From assembly GCA_937935355.1 (NCBI GenBank), contig CALGYR010000143.1:8077-72076 (forward strand): a stretch of DNA of 64,000 nucleotides, read 5' to 3'. The translations under genes were made by a program, and so were the position numbers. This DNA comes from an uncultured bacterium. GTDB lineage: Bacteria > Planctomycetota > SZUA-567 > JAKLDR01. Positions 27,489-34,463 of the stretch are shown here, piece after piece. Below the pieces are notes generated by a model. That model worked only from the letters and a program-made list of their open reading frames with translations, did no database searches and was not told the origin of the DNA. Every line of letters begins with the position of its first letter. The first letter of the stretch is position 1.

Positions 27489-28508
27489 ATGATCAGCGCC
27501 GGAAGACTCGGCAGGTACTGCATCGGATTGGCCGGCGCCGCGGGATTGCTCGCGGCCTCCGGCTGCCACTTCGAGGCCACCCGGACCAGGACGGCGCCGC
27601 CGCCCCCTCCCCCGCCGCCCCGGGTGGTGGTGGTCGAGCAGCCCGCCCAGATCGTGGTGGTGCACACCGCGCCGCCCGCTCCGCGGGGCGAAGTCATCCC
27701 GCCGGCCCCGTCCCGGAACCACGTCTGGGTCCCGGGACACTGGTTCTGGCGCGGCGGCCAGTGGGTGTGGCTCTCCGGCCACTACGAGGCCCGTCCGCAC
27801 GCCGACTCCGAGTGGGTAGCCGCCGACTGGAAGCGCAAGGGCGGACAGTGGGAGTACGCTCCCGGCCACTGGCGCGACAATTCCCGTCGCAATGACCATC
27901 CCGTCCCGCCCCCGCCCCAACCCAAGCCCCAGCCGCCGGTGACGCACGCGCCGCCTCCGCCGCCGCCGCCCGCGCCGCATCGCGACGTGGTCCTCAGCGA
28001 GCAGCCGCGGGTGGTGGTGGTGGTCCGCACCGCCCCGCCGGCGCTGAAGCCGGAGGCGGTCCCGCCGGCCCCGTCGAAGAACCACGTCTGGATGCCCGGT
28101 CACTGGTACTGGAGCGACAACCAGTGGGCCTGGGTCAAGGGCTCCTACGCGGCCAGGCCGCACGCGGACGCCCGCTGGGTCCCGGCCTGCTGGCGCGAGG
28201 AGCGCGGCGAGTGGCGCTACGTCCCGGGCAGCTGGAGCGCGCCGGCCGCCAAGACCCCGCCGTCCCGCCCGGTCGTCCCCCCCGGCCATGACAAGGACCA
28301 GGACCGGGGGCATGGCAAGTCCGCTCCGCCGGTCCAGGAGCCGGCCCGGCCCGTCGTTCCGTCGCGCGGCAACGACCGCGACAACGGCAAGTCCTCCCCG
28401 CCGCCCAAGGCCGGCGACAAGGACAACGGCAAGGACAAAGACAGGGGTAAAGGCAAGGACAAGGATAGGGACGAGGACGACTCCGGCGGCCCTGCCAGGA
28501 GGCGCTGA
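27489..28508 (+). CDS. proline-rich lipoprotein with two copies of a Trp-rich WXXGXW-type module
   Basis: Lipobox LLAASGCH. Internal duplication: NHVWVPGHWFWRGGQWVWLSGHYEARPHADSEWV vs NHVWMPGHWYWSDNQWAWVKGSYAARPHADARWV. C-terminal K/D/G-rich tail. Confidence 0.65.
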   Translation: MISAGRLGRYCIGLAGAAGLLAASGCHFEATRTRTAPPPPPPPPRVVVVEQPAQIVVVHTAPPAPRGEVIPPAPSRNHVWVPGHWFWRGGQWVWLSGHYEARPHADSEWVAADWKRKGGQWEYAPGHWRDNSRRNDHPVPPPPQPKPQPPVTHAPPPPPPPAPHRDVVLSEQPRVVVVVRTAPPALKPEAVPPAPSKNHVWMPGHWYWSDNQWAWVKGSYAARPHADARWVPACWREERGEWRYVPGSWSAPAAKTPPSRPVVPPGHDKDQDRGHGKSAPPVQEPARPVVPSRGNDRDNGKSSPPPKAGDKDNGKDKDRGKGKDKDRDEDDSGGPARRR

Positions 28509-28509
28509 A

Positions 28510-28576
28510 GGCGAAGTTCCTGGTTCGTGGCTGTGAACCAGGAACGACGAACCAGGAACCAAGAACCAGGAACCAG
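28510..28576. terminator. hairpin between convergent genes; arms built from (GGTTCCT)/(GAACCAG) tandem units
   Basis: GTTCCTGGTTCGTGGCTGTGAACCAGGAACGACGAACCAGGAACCAAGAACCAGGAACCAGGAACC. Probable bidirectional terminator; there is no T-run. Confidence 0.5.
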
Positions 28577-28586
28577 GAACCCGCTG

Positions 28587-30245
28587 TTAGTCGGCGATCC
28601 GCTTCCAGTCCAGTCCGAACCTCGCCAGGTACTTCCTGAGCCGGTCGGCGTCATTGGTGCGGCTCCGGCGCAGCCGCGAGGTGGCGAATAGCGCCCGGCC
28701 GGCATCCGAGAGCGAGCGCGAGCGGCGGCAGACCCGCACTACTCCGGCCAGCTGCATCCGGTCGAATAGGTCGAGCCCGCCGAGCCGCTCGGCGCCCAGC
28801 AGCGCTCCGAGCTCCCCTTCCCCGTCGCCGGCAGCGTCCACGCCTGCCGCCCCTGCCGCCCCTGCCGCCCCTGCTGCCCCCGATGCCGGGCTCTCCGGGT
28901 CACGCCAGGACTCGAGCAGCCTCGCGAGCTCCTCCTCGACGATCTCGATGTTGATGCGGCCTCCGGGCGCCAGCGTCGCCATCCGGGTGATGGAGGCGTC
29001 GAGGTCGCGGAAGTTGGCCGCCCAGCGCGCCTGGGGCGAGGTCGCGAAGGCCAGATAGCGGTCGCGGGCCTCCTTGTTGAAGGTCACGTGGGCGCCGCTG
29101 GTTCGCGCGTAGCCGTCGAGTTCGTACTGGAGATTGGGCTCGATGTCCTCGGCGCGCTCGCGGAGCCCGGGGAGCCGGAAGGTCCAGAGGTTGATGCGGG
29201 TGAGCAGGTCCTCGCGGAAGCGCCCGGCGGCGACGTCCGCGGAGAGGTCCCGGTTCGTGCCGCAGATCAGCTGGAAGTCGCTCCCGGCCTCCTCGTCGGC
29301 GCCCATGGGCAGGAAGCGCTTTTCCTCGAGCGCGCGCAGCAGCATGGCCTGCTCGTCGAGGCCGAGCTCGCCGACCTCGTCGAGGAAGAGCATGCCGCCG
29401 TCGGCGGCGCGGAGCAGCCCGGCCCGGTCCTGGAGCGCGCCGGTGAAGGCGCCCTTCCGGTGGCCGAAGAGCGCGCTCATGGCCGCGTCGCCGCGCAGCG
29501 TCGCGCAGTTGACCTCCACGAAGGCGCCCTCGAACTGCCGCCGGGCGCGCTTCAACTCGTAGATCCGCCGGGCGAGCTGGCTTTTCCCCGCGCCCGTGGG
29601 GCCCATGAGCAGCACCGGCGCCTCCGAGTGGATGGCCACGCGCTCGATCTGTTCGATCATCCGGTTGAAGGCGGCGTTGCGGGTCTCGATGCCTGACTTC
29701 AGGAGCGAGACCTCGTCGGCCTGCTCCTTCCGGAAGCGCGTCGCGATCCGGTCGTACTTCGAAAGGTCCAGGTCGATGATACGGTACTCGCCGGGCGACT
29801 CGATGATGCTGCGCTTCGGCGGGCTCGACTGGACGAGCCGCGCCGGAAAGGCCCGCGACTCGGTGAGCAGGAAGAGGCAGATCTGGGCCACGTGCGTCCC
29901 GGTGGTGATGTGGACCAGGTAGTCCTCCTCGTCGGGGTCGAAGGGGTAGGCGTGGGCGAAGTCGTGGAGCGCGCCGTAGACCTCCTCGAAGTCCCAGGGG
30001 TCCTGGAGCTCGACCTCGGTGCAGCGCACCTCGGTCTCGGGCGAGACGTCGCGGACGTCGCGCGCGAGCGTCTCGCACAGGCGCGTCCAGCGCTTCTGGT
30101 AGAGCAGCTCGTAGCGGTCGACGATCAGGTCCTCGTGCTGGCACAGCGACACCGACGGCCGCCACTTCTCCCAACGCCGGTGGCCGGCCCCCTCGTCGAG
30201 CGTGGGGCCGAGCAGGCCGATGAGGACGGTCTTTTTGGCTGTCAT
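28587..30245 (-). CDS. rtcR: sigma54-dependent transcriptional regulator RtcR (CARF-like N-domain, AAA+ sigma54-interaction domain, C-terminal HTH)
   Basis: The N-terminus aligns closely with E. coli RtcR (...RWEKWRPSVSLCQHEDLIVDRYELLY...PETEV...ELQDPWDFEEVYGALHDFA...YLVHITTGTHVAQICLFLL...ARLVQSSPPK). Central domain has GPTGAGKS Walker A and the GAFTGA motif. Confidence 0.9.
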   Translation of the reverse strand: MTAKKTVLIGLLGPTLDEGAGHRRWEKWRPSVSLCQHEDLIVDRYELLYQKRWTRLCETLARDVRDVSPETEVRCTEVELQDPWDFEEVYGALHDFAHAYPFDPDEEDYLVHITTGTHVAQICLFLLTESRAFPARLVQSSPPKRSIIESPGEYRIIDLDLSKYDRIATRFRKEQADEVSLLKSGIETRNAAFNRMIEQIERVAIHSEAPVLLMGPTGAGKSQLARRIYELKRARRQFEGAFVEVNCATLRGDAAMSALFGHRKGAFTGALQDRAGLLRAADGGMLFLDEVGELGLDEQAMLLRALEEKRFLPMGADEEAGSDFQLICGTNRDLSADVAAGRFREDLLTRINLWTFRLPGLRERAEDIEPNLQYELDGYARTSGAHVTFNKEARDRYLAFATSPQARWAANFRDLDASITRMATLAPGGRINIEIVEEELARLLESWRDPESPASGAAGAAGAAGAAGVDAAGDGEGELGALLGAERLGGLDLFDRMQLAGVVRVCRRSRSLSDAGRALFATSRLRRSRTNDADRLRKYLARFGLDWKRIAD

Positions 30246-30512
30246 CTTATGTCTCCGGCTAAAGAAGTAGCATATAAGATAGTACTAGCAGGTGGTCTGC
30301 AGTCAATCGCAAACGTCGACTTCTCTGGCTGCACAACGTAAGTGACGGATATGCGCTTGTTGCGCCTTGAGCGCCGAAAATCTCGGTGCGTTCCGACTTC
30401 TGGCACGTGCCGTGTTATTGGAGCCTCCCGGTTGACACGGCCGGGCCGGCGGCGCACGAGTCTCACCCGGTGATCGACGACGTGCGTTCCGCGGAGGGAT
30501 CTGACGATGGCG

Positions 30513-30585
30513 TGTCAGCAGCGAGTGTCGCTCAACGGCAGAGCACCGGGCCTGTAGCCCGGGGATGCGGGTTCGAATCCCGCCA
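30513..30585 (+). tRNA. tRNA-like cloverleaf A (Thr-like; anticodon-position TGT); atypical, possibly a pseudo-tRNA or mimic
   Basis: Fold: acceptor GCGAGTG/CATTCGA with a G1:A72 mismatch. D-arm GCTC-AACGGCA-GAGC, anticodon arm CCGGG-CCTGTAG-CCCGG (C at position 33 where U is near-invariant), T-arm GCGGG-TTCGAAT-CCCGC. No CCA. Its 3' end overlaps the next element by ~3 nt. Confidence 0.4.
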
Positions 30586-30588
30586 TTC

Positions 30589-30672
30589 GATCGGACAGCC
30601 CAACGGCTGGGCACCAGACTGAGGATCTGGCGAGCGTAAGCTCATGCAGGTTCGAATCCTGCTCCGAAGGCC
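30589..30672 (+). tRNA. tRNA-like cloverleaf B (class II, Leu-like; anticodon GAG); acceptor end imperfect
   Basis: D-arm GCCC-AACGGCT-GGGC. Anticodon arm CCAGA-CTGAGGA-TCTGG (U33 present). Long variable arm C-GAGC-GTAA-GCTC-AT. T-arm GCAGG-TTCGAAT-CCTGC. The acceptor GATCGGA/TCCGAAG pairs in only 5 of 7 positions. Confidence 0.45.
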
Positions 30673-31185
30673 TTTAAGGCTTTCCAAACGGCTGGAGGGG
30701 AGCGGCCGCTCGACCTGCCGGCCGGGAAGAGGACTCCGGTGGAACCTCGCCCGGCAGCATGCGAGCTCGCCCTGAGGCGCGCGGATACCGTCCCGCCCGA
30801 AACCCCGCGACGGCCCCGGGAAGAAAGTCGAGGCCCGCACGGCTCGATGGATTCCCCGCGCCAGAGCGGGTTAGTAGGGCAGGTCTCAAACGCGACCCCG
30901 CGAAGGAACTGCGGTGGACGGACGGCCGCTCCCTGAAGGCTAGCACATCGAGCGATTGGAGGGCGAGGCTCCTGCCGAGCCGCGCCCCACATCGAGAGAA
31001 GAACGAACCGGCTCGCCAGGAGGCTCGCCCTCCAGACGGCCGCAAGAAGAAATAAGCCTACGGAGAGAAGAGAAACGATGAGAGCACCAAGCTGGTCGCT
31101 GGCCTAACGGGAAGGCGACCGGTCGCGACGGAAGGTCCCGGGGAGTCTCCGGGGCGATCAGTCAAAGCTGAAAGGGGGAATGGGT

Positions 31186-31257
31186 TGGCTGCTAGCTCAA
31201 GCGGCAGAGCACCCGCCCGCAAGGCGGACCATCCTGGCTCGAAACCAGGGCAGTCAG
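31186..31257 (+). tRNA. tRNA-like cloverleaf C (Cys-like; anticodon GCA); atypical C33 and C54
   Basis: Acceptor TGGCTGC/GCAGTCA (7 bp including one G:U), U8. D-arm GCTC-AAGCGGCA-GAGC. Anticodon arm CCCGC-CCGCAAG-GCGGA (C33, G38). T-arm CCTGG-CTCGAAA-CCAGG (C54). Discriminator G, no CCA. Confidence 0.5.
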
Positions 31258-31264
31258 CCGGAAC

Positions 31265-31340
31265 TGGTCGCTAGCTCAAGGGATAGAGCGTCCGCCCGCG
31301 AAGCGGGAGAGTCCTGGTTCGAATCCGGGGCGACCAGCCA
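31265..31340 (+). tRNA. tRNA-like cloverleaf D (Arg-like D-arm; anticodon-position GCG); atypical C33
   Basis: Acceptor TGGTCGC/GCGACCA, U8A9. D-arm GCTC-AAGGGATA-GAGC. Anticodon arm TCCGC-CCGCGAA-GCGGG (C33; a GCG anticodon is not normally used in bacteria). T-arm CCTGG-TTCGAAT-CCGGG. G + CCA encoded. Begins 5 nt after element C. Confidence 0.5.
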
Positions 31341-31350
31341 GACGCTGGAA

Positions 31351-31412
31351 GGCACATAGGCACATAGGCACATAGGGACTGAGGCACTGAGGCACTGAGG
31401 CACTTAGGCGCT
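31351..31412. repeat. tandem octamer repeats (GGCACATA)x3 then (GGCACTGA)x4
   Basis: ggcacataggcacataggcacatagggactgaggcactgaggcactgaggcacttaggcgctgag, directly after tRNA-like D and upstream of the SPFH gene. Confidence 0.7.
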
Positions 31413-31417
31413 GAGCG

Positions 31418-31434
31418 AAGGCAAGCGCGTTGCC
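31418..31434 (+). promoter_or_regulatory. sigma54-type promoter candidate (aGGCAAG-cgcg-TTGCc; GG-N10-GC)
   Basis: Matches TGGCACG-N4-TTGCW at 12 of 14 positions with correct -24 GG / -12 GC spacing, 14 nt upstream of the SPFH start codon. Expected for an RtcR-controlled operon. Caveat: the predicted TSS would leave almost no leader. Confidence 0.35.
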
Positions 31435-31447
31435 GGAGGGAAGAACG

Positions 31448-32554
31448 ATGTTGTTCGTGAAGCGGATCAAGATCGCCAAGCTCGAGAAGGGGCTCTACTT
31501 CAAGGACCGGGAGTTCCAGGGCATCCTGGAGCCGGGCAAGTACCGGTTCCTCGACCCGCTCGGCAAGGTCCGGGTCGAGGTCGTCTCGGTGCGCGACCCG
31601 TGGCTGGTCCACCGCGAGCTCGACGTGATCGTCAAGTCGGGCGCGCTCAAGGACCGGGCGGCCGTCGTGGACCTGAAGGACCACGAGCGGGCCCTGGTCT
31701 GGATCGACGGCCGGTTCGACACGGTGCTCGACTCGGGCCTCTGGGCGCTCTGGACCGGCTTCCGCGACGTCAGGGTCGAGATGGTCGACGCGCGGCAGGT
31801 GCGGTTCGAGCACGCCGAGCTCCAGACCATCCTAAAGGCCAAGGGCGCCGACGCCGTCTTCAACGTCTTCACTGTCGAGGACGGCCACGCGGGCCTGTAC
31901 TTCAGGGACGGCGAGTTCGCGAGCCGTCTGGGTCCGGGCACCTACGCCTTCTGGAAGAACGTCGGCAGGGTGAAGCTCTACCAGGTCGACATGCGCGAGG
32001 CGGTGGCCGACGTCGCCGGTCAGGAGATCATGACCGCCGACAAGGTCACCCTGCGACTCAACGCGGTAGTGACCTACCGCGTCTCGGACCCGGTGAAGAC
32101 CGTGACCGAGGTGGAGGACGCCAGGCAGGCGCTCTACCGCGAGGCGCAGCTCGCGCTCCGCGCGGTGATCGGCACCCGGGAGCTCGACGCGCTGCTCTCG
32201 GACAAGGACGCCGTGGCCCGCGAGTGGGAGGACATGGTGCGCCGGCGCGCCCCGGCCTTCGGCATGGGCGTGGTCGCGCTCGGCATCCGCGACGTGATCC
32301 TCCCCGGGGAGATGAAGGAGCTCATGAACAGGGTCACCGAGGCGAAGAAGGCGGCCGAGGCCGCGCTCATCACCCGGCGCGAGGAGACCGCCGCGATGCG
32401 CTCGCAGTCGAACACCGCCCGGATCCTCGCGGAGAACCCGACCCTCATGCGCATCAGGGAGCTGGAGGTGCTGGAGAAGATTGCCGGCAAGGCCAGGCTC
32501 AACGTGGTCCTGGGCGACAAGGGTCTGACCGAGAAGGTGGTCAACTTGCTATAG
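31448..32554 (+). CDS. SPFH/band-7 (slipin/stomatin-like) domain protein
   Basis: Start at ATG 31448 (GGAGGG RBS) inside ORF 31430..32554. The central region (...ADKVTLRLNAVVTYRVSDP...GIRDVILPGEMKELMNRVTEAKKAAEA...) is typical of the SPFH domain. Confidence 0.8.
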   Translation: MLFVKRIKIAKLEKGLYFKDREFQGILEPGKYRFLDPLGKVRVEVVSVRDPWLVHRELDVIVKSGALKDRAAVVDLKDHERALVWIDGRFDTVLDSGLWALWTGFRDVRVEMVDARQVRFEHAELQTILKAKGADAVFNVFTVEDGHAGLYFRDGEFASRLGPGTYAFWKNVGRVKLYQVDMREAVADVAGQEIMTADKVTLRLNAVVTYRVSDPVKTVTEVEDARQALYREAQLALRAVIGTRELDALLSDKDAVAREWEDMVRRRAPAFGMGVVALGIRDVILPGEMKELMNRVTEAKKAAEAALITRREETAAMRSQSNTARILAENPTLMRIRELEVLEKIAGKARLNVVLGDKGLTEKVVNLL

Positions 32555-32614
32555 AAGGGAGGTGGAGGGGGCCGGGCCGGGGCGTGTGGCCCGGCCCCCG
32601 GGGAAGGCTCATCA

Positions 32615-32687
32615 GCCACAGATAAACACAGATGAACACCGATGAGGACGACCTATAATCTGTGTCCATCTGTGTGCATCTGTGGCT
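32615..32687. repeat. MITE-like palindromic element, copy 2
   Basis: gccacagataaacacagatgaacaccgatgaggacgacctataatctgtgtccatctgtgtgcatctgtggct, 25 nt upstream of the rtcA start. Confidence 0.7.
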
Positions 32688-32711
32688 AAGAGCTGCTTCT
32701 GGAGTGAGGCC

Positions 32712-33731
32712 ATGATTACGATAGATGGTTCATTCGGCGAAGGCGGCGGGCAGATCCTCAGGACCGCCCTGGGCCTCTCGCTCGTCACCGGCAAGCCCTT
32801 CCGGATCGAGAAGATCCGGGCGGGTCGCAAGAAGCCTGGGCTCTTGCGGCAGCACCTCACTGCGGTGAACGCCGCGGCCGAGGTCGGCCGGGCCGGGGTC
32901 CGCGGCGCGGCGCTCGGCTCCGGTGAGCTCGTCTTCGAGCCGGGCCAGGTGGCTGGCGGGCGCTACCGCTGGGCCATCGGCACGGCCGGCAGCGCGACGC
33001 TCGTGCTCCAGACCGTTCTGCCGGCGCTCTTGACCGCCAGGGAGCCGAGCTCCTTGAAGCTCGAGGGCGGCACTCACAACCCGTTCGCTCCGCCCTTCGA
33101 CTTCCTCCAGAAGGCCTTCCTGCCGCTGGTATGCCGGATGGGCCCGAAGGTGGAGGCGACGCTCGTCCGGCCCGGCTTCTATCCGGCCGGCGGCGGCTGC
33201 TTCAAGGTGGAAGTCGCGCCGGCGGAGCGGCTCTCGCGGATCGACATCCCCGAGCGGGGCGAGGTCCGGCGGCGGCTGGCCCGGGCGCTCGTCGCCAACC
33301 TGCCGCTGCACATAGCGACGCGGGAGCTCACGGTCATCGGCCGGAAGCTCAACTGGCCGGACGAGTGCCTGAGGGCCGAGCCCGTCGAGGGCTCGCAGGG
33401 GCCGGGGAACATCGTGGTGATCGAGATCGAGGGCGAGGGCGTCACCGAGGTGGTCACCGGCTTCGGCGAGAAGGGCGTGCCCGCCGAGAGCGTCGCCGAC
33501 GCAGCGGTCCGGGAGGCGCGGGAGTACATCGCCGCGGGGGCCCCGGTCGGCGCGCACCTGGCCGATCAGCTCTTGGTGCCCATGGCGCTCGCCGGCGGCG
33601 GGAGCTTCCGGACGGCCGCGCCGACGCGGCATACCACGACCAACGCCAAGATCATCGGCCGGTTCCTGGATGTCGCGGTGAGGATCGAGAGGGAGGATTC
33701 GGCGACCTGGAAGGTCGCCATTTCCTCGTAG
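32712..33731 (+). CDS. rtcA: RNA 3'-terminal phosphate cyclase RtcA
   Basis: MITIDGSFGEGGGQILRTALGLSLVTGKPFRIEKIRAGRKKPGLLRQHLTAV is the hallmark N-terminus of RtcA. Full-length similarity to the family. GGAGTGAGG RBS before ATG 32712. Confidence 0.9.
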   Translation: MITIDGSFGEGGGQILRTALGLSLVTGKPFRIEKIRAGRKKPGLLRQHLTAVNAAAEVGRAGVRGAALGSGELVFEPGQVAGGRYRWAIGTAGSATLVLQTVLPALLTAREPSSLKLEGGTHNPFAPPFDFLQKAFLPLVCRMGPKVEATLVRPGFYPAGGGCFKVEVAPAERLSRIDIPERGEVRRRLARALVANLPLHIATRELTVIGRKLNWPDECLRAEPVEGSQGPGNIVVIEIEGEGVTEVVTGFGEKGVPAESVADAAVREAREYIAAGAPVGAHLADQLLVPMALAGGGSFRTAAPTRHTTTNAKIIGRFLDVAVRIEREDSATWKVAISS

Positions 33732-33734
33732 ACT

Positions 33735-33835
33735 CCTTCTCCCCTTGAGGGAGAAGGTCGGGATGAGGGGTGTGCCCCGGAGCTGAACCCCTCACCCTAG
33801 CCCTCTCCCTCAGGGGGAGAGAGAACCTGAGACGA
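33735..33835. repeat. REP-like 100-bp palindromic element, copy A (CTCCCCTTGAGGGAGA..GTGAGGGGT..ACCCCTCACCCT..CCCTCTCCCTCAGGGGGAGAG)
   Basis: Internal inverted repeats (TCCCCTTGAGGGAGA / TCTCCCTCAGGGGGAGA; TGAGGGGT / ACCCCTCA). A near-identical copy lies 600 bp downstream. Confidence 0.65.
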
Positions 33836-33860
33836 GATGAACTCGACAAGGGAGTCATGA

Positions 33861-34463
33861 ATGCCCATCTACGGAGACGCTCCCAAGCTGCGCGCGGAAG
33901 TCGACCGTCAGTTGCTCGAGGATCTGCGACACTACGGCTTCGACACGGCCGGGTTGCGGATCGACTGGTCGGATGGCTGCCAGGAGGGTCATAGTGCCAG
34001 GTTCATGGATGGTGAGTTGGAGGACGACTCTTCGGTTGGGGTCCTGGATGCCGCGGGCAACGCCGTGGCCGGAGGCGCCATCAATTTCCAAAACGACGGC
34101 GACCGGGAGTTGGTGGTGTACTGGGAGGGCTTGTCTCGCTTTCAAGGGAAGGAACCGGTCGTGCTCACACGGACGTGCTGGGCTCCTTTTCCGGAGCACG
34201 TCTGGGAGCGAATGTCGGACCGTTTGAAAGACATCTGCGCACGGAAACACGCGGTGCGTTGGACGAACTCGGACCGGTGGACGAGAGAGAAGTGGCAGAA
34301 GGAGAACCCGGGGCTGGTGGCAGCCATGGAATCTTCCGCTCGTACCCCCTCTCCCCTTGAGGGAGAGGGCGGGGGTGAGGGGTTAGCCCCGGAGCCCACC
34401 CCTCACCCTGACCCTCTCCCCCAAGGGGAGAGGGGACCTAAGAGGATGGAGAATTCGGCATGA
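33861..34463 (+). CDS. hypothetical protein embedded in the rtcA-rtcB interval
   Basis: 200-aa ORF with an RBS. No recognisable domain. Its last ~40 codons (..TPSPLEGEGGGEGLAPEPTPHPDPLPQGERGP..) are encoded by REP-like copy B. Confidence 0.45.
   Translation: MPIYGDAPKLRAEVDRQLLEDLRHYGFDTAGLRIDWSDGCQEGHSARFMDGELEDDSSVGVLDAAGNAVAGGAINFQNDGDRELVVYWEGLSRFQGKEPVVLTRTCWAPFPEHVWERMSDRLKDICARKHAVRWTNSDRWTREKWQKENPGLVAAMESSARTPSPLEGEGGGEGLAPEPTPHPDPLPQGERGPKRMENSA
34338..34442. repeat. REP-like 100-bp palindromic element, copy B
   Basis: ccctctccccttgagggagagggcgggggtgaggggttagccccggagcccacccctcaccctgaccctctcccccaaggggagagg. Direct repeat of copy A. Confidence 0.65.

Noticed and set aside
23908-28562. 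Minus-strand ORFs 23908..26508 (866 aa) and 26238..28562 (774 aa), and the N-terminal 690 codons of the 24537..27437 plus-strand ORF
   Set aside because: Antisense to or out of frame with the DegP, degenerate-protease and lipoprotein genes. Low-complexity GC composition. Only the last 277 codons of 24537..27437 are protein-like.
30513-30672. tmRNA (ssrA)
   Set aside because: No 5' GGGG..acceptor pairing with a 3' CCA end. No resume codon or tag ORF. The tRNA-like parts are complete cloverleafs, which tmRNA does not have.
30673-31185. Possible RNase P RNA
   Set aside because: Short resemblances to P4/CR-I motifs only. Universal elements such as GGUGAAA-GGGUG and the P10-P12 core are absent. 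Spacing is wrong for a complete RNase P RNA.
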